Of a stretch of 37,220 nt of DNA, positions 34,658 to 37,220 are shown in pieces. The stretch's first letter is position 1. The number at the start of each line of letters is the position of its first letter. Source of the DNA: an uncultured Porphyromonadaceae bacterium (GTDB lineage: Bacteria; Bacteroidota; Bacteroidia; Bacteroidales; UBA12481); contig CAYGOU010000002.1 of assembly GCA_964351455.1 (NCBI GenBank), positions 1 through 37,220 of the forward strand. Reading direction: 5' to 3'. Below the pieces are notes generated by a model. The model did not search any database. It was not told the origin of the DNA and saw only the letters and a program-made list of their open reading frames with translations. The position numbers and the translations under genes were made by a program.

Positions 34658-36325
34658 ATGAAAATAACTCCATTATGCTGTGCATTAATCCTGATGTTGC
34701 TGCCACTGGCCCTGGTAGCTCAGGAACTGTCAAGGGATCATCAGAAATCAGCCGGTTTGGCAGTCATAAACGAGGAGATGCTATCCGCACAACTCGGGTT
34801 TCTGGCCTCCGACTGGACCGAGGGGCGTGAAACCGGCACCCGGGGTGCGTATATGGCTGCTGATTATATTGCCAGCATCTTTTTGGAGATTGGGCTGAAA
34901 CCCGGCGGAGATTATGCAGTGGCTCCAAGACAAAGGACACGGACCGGCCAGAATGAACCGGTTGTGCGCAGCCGGACATTTTTCCAGAACTTTCCGCTGA
35001 TCGAAACCCGGGCCGGTGAAGCAGTCCGCTGCGGATGGGTGAAAACCCTTAATGGTTCGAAAATGACCACATGGCTCGATCCGAAAAGGGATTTCTCATT
35101 CACACCCGGACAGCGGGGCATAGAGGTGCAGGCCGAAATGGTCTTTGTAGGTTACGGCATAAAGGATCCAGTTACCGGCTACAACGACTATAAGGGTATC
35201 GATGTAAACGGAAAAATTGTCATTCGCCTCCAGGGTTTTCCCGGCCATAGGGATCCTGCCTCGAAGGGCTACAATGCATTTAACACCGGTGACCCGGCAA
35301 GTATGGTTCAGATTGAAAGACAAAAGGATCAGTGGGCCGCTGAAGCCGGCGCACTGGCCGTTGTTGATGCCGGATCCGGCAGGGGCGGCAGCATGATCAA
35401 TGTTACCCCTGCGAACATTCCTTTTCGTTACAACGAACCATACTGGGAAGGAGAGGAGCCCTTCAGAAACACTCCCAGAACCAGATTATCACGTCCACAA
35501 TCGCCAAATCAATCGGGATTGGCCAGACTTTCCCTGGCTCCTGGGGTGATTGAAGAAATCCTTTCGCTGGCAGGTATCGATCGCACAGCATTCGAAACCA
35601 ATGTTGCAGCCACCCTTAAGCCAAACTCCCGGGCCCTAACAGGACAGGCTCTGGAGCTTTGCGCCCCGGTAGAATCAAGGGTCATCCAGGCCAGAAATGT
35701 CATTGGATTCATTGAGGGCAAAAACAAGGAGGCCTGTATTGTTCTGGGAGCCCACTATGATCATGTGGGAATGACCCGCGGATTCATATACAATGGATCC
35801 GACGACAACGCCTCGGGTACCGTCGGGATCATGACCATTGCCAGGGCCATCATAGCAAGTGGAATTCAGCCAGAAGTCACGCTGATATTCTGTGCCTGGA
35901 CAGCGGAGGAAAAGGGTCTGATCGGATCTGCACACTATGCTGATAATCCACTTATTAAGGATATTCGGGGCTACATGAATTATGACATGATCAGCAGGGT
36001 TGCCGTGGATGACTCCACCAAAATGAAGTGCGATTACAACTTCTCTTCCGGAACTCCAATATTCAGAGAACTGGCAGAAAAACATATTGTTGAGTACGAT
36101 CTGAAACTTGATATGACCTACCAGAGTTCACCCCAGCCCAGGGGTGGCAGCGACTTCACGTCGTTTTCGGCAAAGGGCATACCGATATTTTTAATTCACG
36201 GAAAATTCACCCCCGATTATCATCACTTCACCGACCATGCAGACCGGGCTGAATTGCCCTACATGGCTGACATCGTCAGATTGGGGTACCTGAACATTTT
36301 TGAATTATGCACAACAAATTGGTAA
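34658..36325 (+). CDS. Secreted M28-family aminopeptidase with a PA (protease-associated) domain insert
   Basis: Signal peptide MKITPLCCALILMLLPLALVAQ. PA-like segment YKGIDVNGKIVIRLQG. M28 metal ligands GAHYDHVG, DDNASGT, AEEKGLIGS and NYDMI. Confidence 0.85.
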   Translation: MKITPLCCALILMLLPLALVAQELSRDHQKSAGLAVINEEMLSAQLGFLASDWTEGRETGTRGAYMAADYIASIFLEIGLKPGGDYAVAPRQRTRTGQNEPVVRSRTFFQNFPLIETRAGEAVRCGWVKTLNGSKMTTWLDPKRDFSFTPGQRGIEVQAEMVFVGYGIKDPVTGYNDYKGIDVNGKIVIRLQGFPGHRDPASKGYNAFNTGDPASMVQIERQKDQWAAEAGALAVVDAGSGRGGSMINVTPANIPFRYNEPYWEGEEPFRNTPRTRLSRPQSPNQSGLARLSLAPGVIEEILSLAGIDRTAFETNVAATLKPNSRALTGQALELCAPVESRVIQARNVIGFIEGKNKEACIVLGAHYDHVGMTRGFIYNGSDDNASGTVGIMTIARAIIASGIQPEVTLIFCAWTAEEKGLIGSAHYADNPLIKDIRGYMNYDMISRVAVDDSTKMKCDYNFSSGTPIFRELAEKHIVEYDLKLDMTYQSSPQPRGGSDFTSFSAKGIPIFLIHGKFTPDYHHFTDHADRAELPYMADIVRLGYLNIFELCTTNW

Positions 36326-36340
36326 TTAAAACATAGAACA

Positions 36341-37220
36341 ATGAAAAGAATGATTGTGTTGTTACCGGCCATTGCAGTAATGCTGATGACCGGCACGCTG
36401 AAGGCCCAGAATGCCCAGGAAAAAGGTTATGAGGCCATCACCAGGGAGGCGATACAGGGACAACTTGAATTCCTGGCCTCTGATTGGACCGATGGACGTG
36501 AAACCGGGACCAAGGGCGAATACATCGCCGGAGACTACATTGCCAGCATGTTCAAAATGTTTGGCATCGCACCCGGTGGAGACCCCGAACCTGCAAGAAT
36601 GACCCGGGGTGTAAGAGGAGCAACCGGGACTCCCGCCGTTAGGCCCGAACCCCGGAAAACATACTTTCAACATTTTGACCTAATTGAAAGCTCACCCGGT
36701 GCTATGCAGGAGATGGCAATCGTAACCCGCTCGGGAGATGGTGCATTCTCCGTCAAATTCAATTATAAAACAGATTATGAGCTGACCCCGGGGCAAACCG
36801 GAATGGAAGCTACCCTTCCCGTGGTATTCGTCGGCTATGGACTGGTGGATGAGAAAAACGGATACGACGATTTCAAGGGTCTTGACCTGAAGGGTAAGAT
36901 TGTAATCAAACTCACCGGCTTTCCCGGACATCTTGATCCTTCGTCAAAAACCTATGAGAAATTCAAACCGGCCGGGCAACCTGCAACCGATGACCGGGCA
37001 GCCATGTTTGCCAGAATGCGCGGGGGAAGAACCTCATATCCCTGGGCCGCAGAAAAGGGCGTACTGGGTATCATAGAAGTGAGGCCAGGCAGCAACCCAA
37101 CTGCCCAGTGGGCAGCCAACGTCCCGTTCCGTTACAACACTGAACGTTATGAGGGTGATGTCCCGCAGAACAGCAGCGTGCGCAAAAGGCTCTCCAGAAC
37201 CGACAGCAACCAGGGCACCG
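36341..37220 (+). CDS. Second M28/PA-domain peptidase paralog (N-terminal 293 aa; continues beyond the window)
   Basis: Absent from the ORF track because there is no stop in the window. The ATG at 36341 gives MKRMIVLLPAIAVMLMTGTLKAQ...LEFLASDWTDGRETGTKGEYIAGDYIASMF...VVFVGYGL..YDDFKGLDLKGKIVIKLTGFPGH. It is collinear with the upstream paralog, and the frame is open to the window end. Confidence 0.8.
   Translation, partial: MKRMIVLLPAIAVMLMTGTLKAQNAQEKGYEAITREAIQGQLEFLASDWTDGRETGTKGEYIAGDYIASMFKMFGIAPGGDPEPARMTRGVRGATGTPAVRPEPRKTYFQHFDLIESSPGAMQEMAIVTRSGDGAFSVKFNYKTDYELTPGQTGMEATLPVVFVGYGLVDEKNGYDDFKGLDLKGKIVIKLTGFPGHLDPSSKTYEKFKPAGQPATDDRAAMFARMRGGRTSYPWAAEKGVLGIIEVRPGSNPTAQWAANVPFRYNTERYEGDVPQNSSVRKRLSRTDSNQGT

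Noticed and set aside
1-37220. Scan for mobile elements, CRISPR arrays, tRNA/rRNA genes, and defence or toxin-antitoxin modules
   Set aside because: Only four intergenic regions exceed 80 nt (735-856, 16191-16272, 24104-24296, 34566-34657). None has tRNA-like structure, and there are no direct-repeat arrays. No transposase, integrase, restriction, Cas or toxin-like ORFs were recognised. The only repeats are the in-frame coding repeats already reported.

Overview
This is a gene-dense (about 95% coding) 37.2-kb chromosomal window, most likely from a Bacteroidota genome. Start codons lack Shine-Dalgarno sequences, TAnnTTTG-type -7 boxes sit upstream of several operons, and a DUF3822-like gene precedes rsmD. 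I found no tRNA, rRNA, CRISPR array, transposase, integrase or phage gene.

Gene content, left to right:
- gcvT (partial) and an orphan Hpt protein.
- A pnuC / NadR-type kinase / THUMP RNA methyltransferase operon.
- A five-gene signalling cluster (3669-11438): REC-HK-pseudoREC-REC kinase, Hpt, a 1296-aa TM-HAMP-GAF-coiled-coil-HK-REC-REC-REC kinase, CheR, and a REC-less CheB. No CheA, CheW or MCP is present in the window.
- guaA, rnz and an unusually long rpsA.
- A tightly coupled six-gene envelope-polysaccharide operon (16273-24103, minus strand): CheY-like regulator, pseudo-receiver-fused priming phosphoglycosyltransferase, half-size TolC-like protein, LysM-containing Wzc-like co-polymerase, Wzx, and a Wzy/O-antigen-ligase-family protein.
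- A divergent nucleotide-sugar operon: ugd, uxs, rfbA, rfbC, rfbD, a phosphohexomutase and yjbQ.
- A RecD-like helicase, then a hypothetical / DUF3822-like / rsmD trio, and two tandem M28 peptidase paralogs.

Two candidates for an undescribed system stand out:
1. The CheR/CheB pair embedded in the histidine-kinase phosphorelay. Its large kinase has an MCP-like input module and a 14-residue-periodic E/Q-rich coiled coil, which is a plausible methylation substrate.
2. The polysaccharide operon. It has no glycosyltransferase and no Wza, and its priming enzyme carries a receiver domain with Glu at the phospho-acceptor position.

All functional calls come from reading motifs by eye. No database search was possible.
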